Assembly (NCBI GenBank): GCA_964434235.1
Contig: CAYSUN010000001.1
Location: 18,574 to 82,573, forward strand
Direction: 5' to 3'
Length of the DNA: 64,000 nt
Source: an uncultured Gammaproteobacteria bacterium
GTDB taxonomy: Bacteria > Patescibacteriota > Patescibacteriia > UBA11705 > JABHMO01
Within the stretch, counting starts at the first letter, position 1. Each line of letters starts with the position of its first letter. The notes beneath the pieces were generated by a model. That model had not been told where the DNA came from. It was given only the letters and a program-made list of their open reading frames with translations, and did no database searches. Of this stretch, positions 18,824 through 27,488 are shown one piece after another. The translations under genes and the position numbers were made by a program.

Positions 18824-19073
18824 AAATTTACATCACTTGACACAGAATATGCGGTTCTGTTCGTCATCGTAACTTTTTTAACTATAATCATCTTTGGCAC
18901 TGGCAAGTCGCTTTATTCCAAATTATATCAGTGCCAAAGATCGCATATATACGAAAGTTGTGTGAAATAGCAAGAAATTCCTTACTTATTTTTTAGATTT
19001 TTTTTGGGAAATTTATTTTAGGTCAAACATGACTTGTGATAAAATATAATCATTATTATTAACTACTAAAATT

Positions 19074-19313
19074 ATGGAAAACCCGCAAATGGGCTCAACG
19101 CCCGAACAGCCAAAGAAAAAATGGAAAGTGCTAATCGAAATGGAAGGATATGGCAAAGATGGTGAAGAAATTACCGGCCCAGCTCTTTATGAAGAAGTAA
19201 TAGTTGAAGCAATGACTGCTGATGAGGCAGATGATGTTGTGACAAATATGGATTTTGGCAATCGTAGAGTAAGCTACGTAGAAGAACCGGAGGAAGTTAT
19301 AGAAGCTAAATAA
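19074..19313 (+). CDS. small acidic hypothetical protein
   Basis: 79-aa ORF preceded by a TATAAT-like box (tgataaaatataat). Confidence 0.4.
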   Translation: MENPQMGSTPEQPKKKWKVLIEMEGYGKDGEEITGPALYEEVIVEAMTADEADDVVTNMDFGNRRVSYVEEPEEVIEAK

Positions 19314-19342
19314 GTTGTATCATTCAAACAAAATTTATACTT

Positions 19343-19888
19343 ATGGAAGGTGAACAACATTTTTCCCCTAAAAAAAAGAAAAAGCCACTATTTTTGTATC
19401 ACGCATCGGCCAACAGGGAAATAGAAAATTTTGAACCTCGAGCAAAAAGTACACGTGACCCAGAAGAAGGTCCTGTTATTTTTGCCACCCCTGATTTTGC
19501 ACTTGCTACTACATTTTTAGTCAGCGAAGCAAATGATGAGTGGACTCAAATTGGAAAAATCAACAATACCCCTTACATGGTAATTATGGATAAAGAAAAA
19601 TTTTTGCTACATGATAAAGGTGGCTCAATTTATAAATTTTCGAATAATGGCTTTACTTCAGATCCAGACAAGGGTATGGGCGATGATGAATGGACCAGTA
19701 GAGATTCGGTTACTCCAATTGAAAAAACGGATGTTGAATCAGCTCTTGGGGCAATGATAGAAAATGGCGTACAAGTATTCTTCGTGGAGAAAGAAACATT
19801 CAGCAAGATTAAAGACTCCGCAGATAAGATCAGCATATTAAAAACACTTGAATCTGAAAATCAAAGACAAGGAAAAAATTTTGCGTGA
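19343..19888 (+). CDS. hypothetical protein
   Basis: 181-aa ORF; no motif recognised. Confidence 0.45.
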   Translation: MEGEQHFSPKKKKKPLFLYHASANREIENFEPRAKSTRDPEEGPVIFATPDFALATTFLVSEANDEWTQIGKINNTPYMVIMDKEKFLLHDKGGSIYKFSNNGFTSDPDKGMGDDEWTSRDSVTPIEKTDVESALGAMIENGVQVFFVEKETFSKIKDSADKISILKTLESENQRQGKNFA

Positions 19889-19902
19889 AATTGTAGTTTT
19901 GC

Positions 19903-19936
19903 TTTTTTCCTGTTTTGGGAAAAATAAGTATAATTT
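19903..19936 (+). promoter_or_regulatory. promoter-like direct repeat DR2 (GGGAAAAATAAGTATAATTTAGTTAGATTT)
   Basis: Second copy of the DR1 sequence, ~1.6 kb downstream. Confidence 0.5.
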
Positions 19937-20070
19937 AGTTAGATTTATATCACACAACACCGAGATAAGTAAAAGGGGATAGTTTAATATTTCTTGATCC
20001 ATAACTCCGTAAAAATGTTTATTTAATAAGGGGAAAAGAATATAATTAAATTAAAATAAATTATAACAAT

Positions 20071-20829
20071 ATGAAACATATTATAAGTTGGAAAGTGTTT
20101 TTTGTTTTATTAGGATTGGCAATGATCAGCATAATTTGCGTATTTCCATACATTCTCACTGTTCAGGGGGAATTATTAAATAAAATTGGCCAGCCGATTC
20201 AGGTTATATTCATCGCTCAATTTATTCAAAGCCTTATTCTTTTTTCTATTGTTATATTTTTTGGGCTTTTTTTTGCAAAAAAATTAAATTTTCAACTTCC
20301 ACTTATTGAAAAAATATTAGAAAAAAAAGATTATAAGTCAATATTAAAAAATATTCTAGGAAAATCAGTCCTCTCAGGAATTATCGTGGCCATTGCCATC
20401 TATGTATTAGATATTCTTTTTTCTATAAATGGTGCGATTATTACCACCCACGAAAACTATGCCCCAATATGGCAAAAATTGCTCGCAGCTGTTTACGGAG
20501 GGGTGGCTGAAGAAATTCTAATGAGATTATTTTTGATGCTGTTCTTTATTTGGATTAGTGTGAAATTATTTAGAAAAACAGAAACTTCGAAATTAGGAAT
20601 AATCATATCAATTTTTCTCTCGGCTATAATATTTGGTTTGGGACATTTGCCGATTACAGCTTCTGTAACCGCGATTACACCTATAGTTATAGGTCGAGCA
20701 ATTATTTTAAATGGAATCGGCGGAATTGTTTTTGGCTGGCTTTTTTGGAAAAAGGGTCTTGAATCAGCAATAATTGCTCATTTTACTGCGGATATTTTTT
20801 TATTAACCATTTTACCTTTGGTTTTTTAA
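20071..20829 (+). CDS. CPBP-family intramembrane metalloprotease (CAAX protease/Abi-like)
   Basis: Polytopic; motifs VAEEILMRLF (EExxxR), FGLGHLP (FxxxH) and IIAHFTADIF (HxxxD/N). Confidence 0.7.
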   Translation: MKHIISWKVFFVLLGLAMISIICVFPYILTVQGELLNKIGQPIQVIFIAQFIQSLILFSIVIFFGLFFAKKLNFQLPLIEKILEKKDYKSILKNILGKSVLSGIIVAIAIYVLDILFSINGAIITTHENYAPIWQKLLAAVYGGVAEEILMRLFLMLFFIWISVKLFRKTETSKLGIIISIFLSAIIFGLGHLPITASVTAITPIVIGRAIILNGIGGIVFGWLFWKKGLESAIIAHFTADIFLLTILPLVF

Positions 20830-21149
20830 AATATATTAAAAATATTAAACTTAATTAAATAATACAAATGCTACAATAGTAAAAGCCACAGATAGTCATA
20901 TAAACGTAAATGTATTCTTTAATTCTGGAGGTGGCTACATTTAGGAGGCAAAAGTTTAAGGCGAATGGAAGTATTATGATAATTATTTCGGTGGTGAATC
21001 AGTGGCTGGTAAACATGAGACTATTAAAAAAAATAAAAGTATGAGTTTTTCTGGACAAAAGCTATAAAAAGACCTATAATTATTATAATTATTGGGTATT
21101 TGACGCTTGAATCTTGGCACAACTTTAGTCAATAAATAAAAATAAAAAT

Positions 21150-21671
21150 ATGAAAAAGTTTTTAACAAAATTAGTTACACCGTTAATGCCTGAAGATATT
21201 GGTGAAATCCATATTAGTTGGGAGTTCCCAGAATTTGTCCAACAAGAAAGAAGTCGAGCTTGGTATGTGGTATTTTCCTTGTTACTCGCTTTGTTGATTT
21301 TGTATGCAGCTTTTACAGCGAATTTTTTGTTTGCCATAATTCTATTACTTGGTTCATTTGTAATTATTTTTCAATATTTTCAACAAGCTAGGAAATTGCC
21401 AATGGTTATTGGTCAAGACGGTATTATTATAGATACCCAGTTTATTCCATATAAGGCTTTGAAAAGTTTTTCCATTGTTTATGAACCGCCAGTTATTAAA
21501 CTTCTTTATTTAGATTTTAATAGTTCTGTACGAAAAAGTTTACCAGTTCCACTTGAAGATGTTAATCCAATCAAAGTCCGAGAAATTTTACTTAATTATA
21601 TTGAAGAAAACTTTGAAAGAAAAGAAGAGTCATTTGATGAAACATTTGAAAGAGTCTTGCGTTTAAGATAA
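21150..21671 (+). CDS. hypothetical membrane protein (2 TM)
   Basis: Two adjacent TM helices (WYVVFSLLLALLILYAAF, FLFAIILLLGSFVIIF) and a soluble C-terminal domain. Confidence 0.45.
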   Translation: MKKFLTKLVTPLMPEDIGEIHISWEFPEFVQQERSRAWYVVFSLLLALLILYAAFTANFLFAIILLLGSFVIIFQYFQQARKLPMVIGQDGIIIDTQFIPYKALKSFSIVYEPPVIKLLYLDFNSSVRKSLPVPLEDVNPIKVREILLNYIEENFERKEESFDETFERVLRLR

Positions 21672-21725
21672 ATATAATTTAAAGTAATTAAATTACAGTT
21701 ATCTGTTTTTTGTTTATATGATTTT

Positions 21726-21802
21726 GTCCTCATAGCTCAGTTGGATAGAGCGTCAGCTTGCGGAGCTGAAGGTCGGAGGTTCGAGTCTTCCTGGGGACAC
21801 CA
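21726..21802 (+). tRNA. tRNA-Arg (anticodon reads GCG), CCA encoded
   Basis: Strong similarity in arm structure to bacterial tRNA-Arg (TAGCTCAGTTGGATAGAGC D arm; GGTCGGAGGTTCGAGTCTTCC T arm); anticodon loop TTGCGGA. Confidence 0.7.
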
Positions 21803-21806
21803 TTTT

Positions 21807-21828
21807 AAGCTGATTTTCAGCTTTTTTT
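21807..21828 (+). terminator. rho-independent terminator after the tRNA
   Basis: Hairpin AAGCTGATTTTCAGCTT followed by T7. Confidence 0.6.
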
Positions 21829-21969
21829 GTATAAATTTTTGAGTTGACGATTTATAATAAATATGATAATTTTTTATTGGAATGTATATTAACAATTATA
21901 AAAGGATTAATGCAAACAAAGATAAATTAATAAGCCAACTTGCTAGCAATCACTTAAAAGGAGAATTGA

Positions 21970-22527
21970 ATGAAAGTTATTCAAAACAAAATCGAGGGTG
22001 TTTTTGAATTTATTGCGACTGATATTGAAGAAACTAAAGTTCTAAGAAAATTGATCAAAGCTTGTAAACCTGGAAATAAATTGAATTATGGTGGATATAT
22101 AGATAATCCGGATAATTCTAGGAGTTTGAATTTCCATTTTGGAGCGAAGAAAAAAATACAAAGAAAAAGAATTAGTGCTTATGCTACTTTGAAAATTATT
22201 GTGCCAGTGGGTGGAATACAGTTGAGTTTAGCTGGAAATGATAAGGAAGATTTAGATAATATTAGGACCTTGCGTGATATTTGTCGTTTGGGGTCAGATG
22301 AGGTCATTTTTCTTAGCGGAACTGAGATTGATGGTTTAGTATCTATCGTTATTGCACCTAGCAATTGTAAGGTTTGTGGAGCTAAAATTGCTGATCTTGT
22401 AAGTTCTGAATTTAATATTTGTGAAACGTGTGCTGGTAACTGTGAGCATGAGTATGAGGAAATATATGTTCGAGGTGTTGGTTTTCGTGATTTTTGTGGA
22501 TTGTGTGGACGAATGAAAGGAGCGTGA
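21970..22527 (+). CDS. Cys-rich hypothetical protein, tandem paralogue A (CxxC..CxxCxxxCxH..CxxC)
   Basis: About 50% identical to the following ORF over its whole length; C-terminal CKVCGAKI..CETCAGNCEHEY..FCGLCGRMKGA. Confidence 0.55.
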   Translation: MKVIQNKIEGVFEFIATDIEETKVLRKLIKACKPGNKLNYGGYIDNPDNSRSLNFHFGAKKKIQRKRISAYATLKIIVPVGGIQLSLAGNDKEDLDNIRTLRDICRLGSDEVIFLSGTEIDGLVSIVIAPSNCKVCGAKIADLVSSEFNICETCAGNCEHEYEEIYVRGVGFRDFCGLCGRMKGA

Positions 22528-22528
22528 T

Positions 22529-23152
22529 ATGAAAATTATTCATGATGAAAAAGAGGGTGTGTTTGTTTTTATTGCGAGAGACGTTGAGGAAACAGAAGTT
22601 TTGAGAAAGTTGATCAAGGCTTGTCAACGAGGAAATAAATTGGATTATGGTGGGCGAAAAACAAATCCGGATAATTCTATGAGTTTAGATTTTTATTTTG
22701 GAGCTAAGGAAAAAGAAGTAGTAAGAAGACTTAGTGAGTGTTGTATTATAATTGATACAGTGCATGTGGGTGGTATACATTTAAGGTTGAAAGGAATCGA
22801 AAATCAAGATCAGAATAATGTTAGAGCATTGCGTGATTCCTGCTATTTCGGATCAGGTGAATTAACTTTTCTTCGTGGGACAGAGATTGATGGTTCAAAA
22901 GCTATTATTGTTGTAGCAGGTTATTGTAAAGTTTGTGGAGGTAAAATTACGGATTCGGGTAGTTGTGAATATAGGGTTTGCAAAAAGTGTGCTGATAAAT
23001 GTAATCATCAATATGTTCATGGATATATTCATGGTGGAGAAATATCACTTGGTAGGGGGGTGTATTGTGAATTGTGTGGACGAGTGAAAGATAATGAAAA
23101 CGTTTTTCCGATTCTTAAACAGGGAGAATCTGGCATTGTGGAAATTTTGTAA
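22529..23152 (+). CDS. Cys-rich hypothetical protein, tandem paralogue B
   Basis: MKIIHDEKEGVFVFIARDVEETEVLRKLIKAC.. parallels paralogue A; CKVCGGKI..CKKCADKCNHQY..YCELCGRVKD. Confidence 0.55.
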   Translation: MKIIHDEKEGVFVFIARDVEETEVLRKLIKACQRGNKLDYGGRKTNPDNSMSLDFYFGAKEKEVVRRLSECCIIIDTVHVGGIHLRLKGIENQDQNNVRALRDSCYFGSGELTFLRGTEIDGSKAIIVVAGYCKVCGGKITDSGSCEYRVCKKCADKCNHQYVHGYIHGGEISLGRGVYCELCGRVKDNENVFPILKQGESGIVEIL

Positions 23153-23160
23153 ATTACATT

Positions 23161-23193
23161 ACGGAAGATTAAAATAATCTTCCGTTTTTTTTG
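23161..23193 (+). terminator. rho-independent terminator
   Basis: Hairpin ACGGAAGATTAAAATAATCTTCCGT followed by T8. Confidence 0.7.
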
Positions 23194-23244
23194 TTTAAAT
23201 AACATGCTAAAATATATAAAGAACAATATAACAATTGAAATATA

Positions 23245-25293
23245 ATGAATTTAGAGACCAAAATAAGCGAATTAACTAGAGTCGGCAAAACAACTGGCTC
23301 ACGATTAAAAAATCTCGGTTTGGAAACTGTGGAAGATTTGATTTTTTATTTTCCTTTTCGTTATGAGGATTACAGTATTATTAAATCAATCAACAGTTTA
23401 ATACCTGGTGAGCCGGTTACGGTTAAGGGTAAAATTCAACTAATTGCCAACCGGCGAAGTTGGCGCAAAAGAAAAATTATTACTGAGGCGTTAATTTCAG
23501 ATGAAACTGAAACAGTGAAAATTATTTGGTTTAATCAACCATTTTTAACAAAATCATTGAAAGTCGGAGATGAAGTTTTCATTTCAGGTAAATTAGACGA
23601 AGACCGATTGCAATTTGTTAGTCCAGATTATGAAAAAGTTCGAACAGAAAATATTCATACTGCTAGACTGGTGCCAGTTTATCATTTAACGCAAGGCGTA
23701 ACCCAAAAGCAACTTCGCTTTTTGCTTAGTCAATGTCGTTCAGTTATGCAAAGTTTGCCAGAATATGTGCCTCAAGATATTTTGCAAAAATATAAATTTT
23801 TAGATTTAAATTCAGCTTTGTCAAATATTCATTTCCCTGAAAACAAAAAAATTGCTGAGCAAGCTAAATTGCGTTTACAGTTTAATGAACTTTTTTTAAT
23901 TCAGTTGGCTATTCAAAAGGAAAAACAACTTTTGAAAGAAAGCAAAGCTTTGAAAATTAAATTTTTACAAAAACAAACTAAGGATTTTGTGGAATCTTTG
24001 CAATTTAAATTGACTGATGCGCAAAAAAAATGCTCTTGGGAAATTATTCAAGATTTAGAAAAAGATCGACCAATGAATCGTTTACTTGAAGGTGATGTTG
24101 GTTCTGGTAAAACAGTAGTTGTAACTCTTGGTATGTTGAACTGTATTTTGAACGGGTACAAAGTCGTATTGATGGCTCCGACAGAAATTTTAGCTGAGCA
24201 ACATTACCAGACTTTGCGCAAGTTTTTTGTTAAACAAAAATTTAATTGTGCATTATTTACAGGTAGCAAAAGAGAGATCAATGGGGAAAAAATTAGTAAG
24301 ATAAAAATTTTGGATATTTTAAAACAAGGTCAATTTGATCTTGTTATAGGCACTCAAGCTTTAATTCAGGCAGGCGTTGAAATAAAAGATTTAGGTTTGG
24401 TGGTGGTAGATGAACAGCATCGTTTTGGAGTGAGTCAAAGAAAGGCTTTGGTAAATAAGAGTCAAAAAAACGGCTATTTGCCTCATTTCCTTTCCATGAC
24501 AGCTACACCGATTCCTAGAACTTTAGTTTTAACTTTGTATGGTGATTTGGATTTGTCTATAATCAATCAAATGCCAGCGGGACGAAAACCAATTTCAACT
24601 AAAGTTGTTTATGAAGGCGACCGTCAAAAAGCGTATGACTTTATAGGCCAGGAAATTAGTCACGGTCGCCAAGTTTTTGTTATTTGTCCACTGATTGATC
24701 CTAGTGATAAGGCGGGAACTAAATCAGTTAAACAAGAATTTGAAAGATTAGATAAAGATATTTTTCCTGATTTGAAAATCGGACTAATGCATGGCAAATT
24801 AAAATCAATTGATAAACAGTTGATAATGCAAGAATTTGCTGAACATAAAATTGACATATTAGTTTCAACTTCAGTTATTGAAGTTGGTATTGATGTGCCC
24901 AATGCTTCCATTATGATGATTGAAGGTGCTGATCGATTTGGTTTGGCTCAATTGCATCAGTTTCGTGGACGGGTCGGACGAGGTGAACATCAATCTTATT
25001 GTTTTCTTTTTACTGATAATAATTCACCACTGACAAAAAAAAGATTAAAATATTTAGAACAGTGTAAAGATGGATTTAAACTAGCGGAAATGGATTTACA
25101 ACTTCGTGGACCTGGAGAAGTTTATGGCGTTCAACAATCAGGTTTGCCTGATTTAAGAATTGCCAGCTTAACAGATTTATCTTTAATTCAAAAAGCGCAA
25201 GAAGAAGCACGAATTTTATTACAAAATGGTAATTTAAGTCAAAATTTACAAGTCGTGGTTGATAAGCAAAAAATCAGTTTGCATTTTGAATAG
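23245..25293 (+). CDS. recG: ATP-dependent DNA helicase RecG
   Basis: Walker A GDVGSGKT, DEQH box (VVVDEQHRFGV), motif TATPIPRT, HQFRGRVGRG; RecG-type N-terminal wedge region; 682 aa. Confidence 0.85.
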   Translation: MNLETKISELTRVGKTTGSRLKNLGLETVEDLIFYFPFRYEDYSIIKSINSLIPGEPVTVKGKIQLIANRRSWRKRKIITEALISDETETVKIIWFNQPFLTKSLKVGDEVFISGKLDEDRLQFVSPDYEKVRTENIHTARLVPVYHLTQGVTQKQLRFLLSQCRSVMQSLPEYVPQDILQKYKFLDLNSALSNIHFPENKKIAEQAKLRLQFNELFLIQLAIQKEKQLLKESKALKIKFLQKQTKDFVESLQFKLTDAQKKCSWEIIQDLEKDRPMNRLLEGDVGSGKTVVVTLGMLNCILNGYKVVLMAPTEILAEQHYQTLRKFFVKQKFNCALFTGSKREINGEKISKIKILDILKQGQFDLVIGTQALIQAGVEIKDLGLVVVDEQHRFGVSQRKALVNKSQKNGYLPHFLSMTATPIPRTLVLTLYGDLDLSIINQMPAGRKPISTKVVYEGDRQKAYDFIGQEISHGRQVFVICPLIDPSDKAGTKSVKQEFERLDKDIFPDLKIGLMHGKLKSIDKQLIMQEFAEHKIDILVSTSVIEVGIDVPNASIMMIEGADRFGLAQLHQFRGRVGRGEHQSYCFLFTDNNSPLTKKRLKYLEQCKDGFKLAEMDLQLRGPGEVYGVQQSGLPDLRIASLTDLSLIQKAQEEARILLQNGNLSQNLQVVVDKQKISLHFE

Positions 25294-25384
25294 ATTAGTA
25301 GTTGATGTTGACAGTGAGCAGGCATTTTGCTAAAGTTTTTCTTGATTGTTTGATAGTAGTTTAATTGACTAGGAGGATCAATAA

Positions 25385-25765
25385 ATGGAAAGCGTAAGGG
25401 ATAAAAAATGCCCACACTGTGCTCGCTTGATCCAAATTGAACAAAATCAAACTAAATTTTTTCTTGATGAATTTTGGCATTCTGAATGTTTAATTCGCTA
25501 TGCACTAAGTCAGATTGCTCAGTCTTTTGGTCATAAAATTGAGATTATCGGTTTTCTTATGGGCATTAGAGGTAATTATACTAAGTTTGAAAGAGCTTTA
25601 TTGGTTATTTGGGTGAAAATTGCAAAGCAAGAAAATACTGATTTTGAAGTTCGAGAGTTAGTTCGAGATTTGTTAGTCCATTTATTCCAATACACGCCAG
25701 AAGAATTAACTAATACTTATTGGTCTGGTAGTGTTGTTTCAATTTACAAGGTAATGTCTGCTTAA
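25385..25765 (+). CDS. hypothetical protein (N-terminal CxxC)
   Basis: 126-aa ORF; no motif recognised beyond CPHC. Confidence 0.4.
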   Translation: MESVRDKKCPHCARLIQIEQNQTKFFLDEFWHSECLIRYALSQIAQSFGHKIEIIGFLMGIRGNYTKFERALLVIWVKIAKQENTDFEVRELVRDLLVHLFQYTPEELTNTYWSGSVVSIYKVMSA

Positions 25766-25773
25766 AAAATAAA

Positions 25774-25808
25774 ACTGATCGCAATCTGGCGGTCAGTCTT
25801 TTTTTTTG
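25774..25808. terminator. bidirectional rho-independent terminator between convergent genes
   Basis: Hairpin ACTGATCGCAATCTGGCGGTCAGT flanked by A-run and T-run. Confidence 0.65.
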
Positions 25809-25812
25809 TAAT

Positions 25813-26748
25813 TTATTCTTGTGTGATTTTTGCTAATTGATCAGGAAAGTTTTGATAAATTAAATTTATTGCTTTAATGGCTATTGTTCTTAGCGTTTTT
25901 CGGTCATTGTTTTTTTTGCAGTTCTCAAGTTGGCTATTAAATTCATCAACCAAAGCATCAATTTCTTTGACCATGTCTGGGTTACTCAATTGAATTATTT
26001 TTTCTGCAACTGATGATAAACCATTTCTAGCAAAATATTTTTGGTAATGGGGAATTGGACTTATTTTTTGAAATATATCATCAGCAACATCATCATCAGT
26101 TAAATGTAAACAACCCCAAGCATTAAAATAATCTGGATTAAGTGTGTAGTTTGCTCTTTCCATTTCTTCTTTTACTCGCAAACTATCACGTTTAAGTTTT
26201 TTTTGTATTAATTTCTGATCATCATTAGCAAAAGGAAAATCCTTTCTTTCAAAAGTTTCAGGATCAACATAGTTTGGCCCATATATAAGCAGTTTTGCTT
26301 GATTAGCAATATCAAGTAATGGTTGAATAATCTGTTTTTGTTGACAAATAGGTAGGAGTTCGTTGAATTTATCAGCTAAGCGGTCAAATTCTTTTATAGC
26401 GTCAGGATGGCTGAGAATTTTTAATGTATTAGCATAATCGTTATCTCTGTAAGCGTGCGGTCGGCGATAGCTTTCAATATAGTGAAAAACTGGTTTTACT
26501 TTGTTTAAATATTGCAAACCATCTTTTAGTAGACCTATATTTCCTGCCCAAACATTGAATGAATCACTTAATAAGCCGGTTTCTGAAGTTTTCATTCCTT
26601 CCACAAGTCTTAGTCTATATTCTCGACGTTCTTCAGCGTCAGATTTGAATTTAATCATTTCTCCAGAGTCTGGAGAAACAAGACCCTCCAAAGAAGAATC
26701 TTCTTTAGAGGTTTGGGGTTGATCTTTTTTCCTAAAAGGGTTGAACAT
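25813..26748 (-). CDS. hypothetical protein with internal duplication
   Basis: Two similar ~50-aa segments (LSHPDAIKEFDRLADKFNELLPICQQK.. / LSNPDMVKEIDALVDEFNSQLENCKKN..). Confidence 0.5.
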   Translation of the reverse strand: MFNPFRKKDQPQTSKEDSSLEGLVSPDSGEMIKFKSDAEERREYRLRLVEGMKTSETGLLSDSFNVWAGNIGLLKDGLQYLNKVKPVFHYIESYRRPHAYRDNDYANTLKILSHPDAIKEFDRLADKFNELLPICQQKQIIQPLLDIANQAKLLIYGPNYVDPETFERKDFPFANDDQKLIQKKLKRDSLRVKEEMERANYTLNPDYFNAWGCLHLTDDDVADDIFQKISPIPHYQKYFARNGLSSVAEKIIQLSNPDMVKEIDALVDEFNSQLENCKKNNDRKTLRTIAIKAINLIYQNFPDQLAKITQE

Positions 26749-26761
26749 ATTTATAGTAAAT

Positions 26762-27382
26762 TTATGAGTTGGCTGATTTATCTAATTTATGAATAATATC
26801 ATCAGCAATTTTTTGATCAATAGGCATGTTTAAGAGTTTTTTTAAATCTTTTTTAGGTACTAGGCTAACTGTCCAAACTTCTTCAACTTCGCCATCTTTT
26901 CTGTGAAAATCTGCTTGAGTTGGTGTTCCTCCAATTCTTTTGGCCAAATAATATCGTGTTAACGTTGTGGTTTTTGTATAGTCACCTAAATAACCGGTGA
27001 TTTCGGTAAGTAAACCAGTTTCTTCCAAAGCTTCCTTAACGGCCGTTTGCTGTAAGGTTAAAGTCGGTTCAATTCTGCCTTTGGGAAAGGTGTGTTCATA
27101 TCCGCCAAAATGATTACTTGGTTCATATATCCAAATTCTGCCATCTGGTTCCTCAATAATTACGCCAGTAGATTTTTTTAAATAACTGTTTGGAGGCAAT
27201 TTAAATTCCGGTTCTTGGTTTTTTAGATCAACATCTGGTATATTTGCGAACTCTGGAGCTTCTTTTATACTTTCAAATTTAACGTCGTTAATTTCTAATC
27301 CTTCGCAAAAAGTTGTTTTTGAAAAATTAACTATTTCATTCGGATCTTTTAGTGGATCTTGTTCTTGTTCAAATTTAAACAT
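26762..27382 (-). CDS. NUDIX-family hydrolase
   Basis: Nudix-box-like GGYEHTFPKGRIEPTLTLQQTAVKEALEETGL (REx2EE-type core KEALEETG). Confidence 0.5.
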   Translation of the reverse strand: MFKFEQEQDPLKDPNEIVNFSKTTFCEGLEINDVKFESIKEAPEFANIPDVDLKNQEPEFKLPPNSYLKKSTGVIIEEPDGRIWIYEPSNHFGGYEHTFPKGRIEPTLTLQQTAVKEALEETGLLTEITGYLGDYTKTTTLTRYYLAKRIGGTPTQADFHRKDGEVEEVWTVSLVPKKDLKKLLNMPIDQKIADDIIHKLDKSANS

Positions 27383-27488
27383 ATCTTTTGGTTTAATTGC
27401 AGTTATATTAATTTCAATAATTGATTAACTTCTGTAACTTGAATAGTGCCAATTATTTAGAGTGGATTGAAAAGTTTTAACAGAAGTA

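Noticed and set aside
23245-25293. Considered whether the helicase is Mfd/UvrB rather than RecG
   Set aside because: Size (682 aa), N-terminal wedge-like region and absence of the Mfd N-terminal UvrB-homology and C-terminal TRG extension fit RecG
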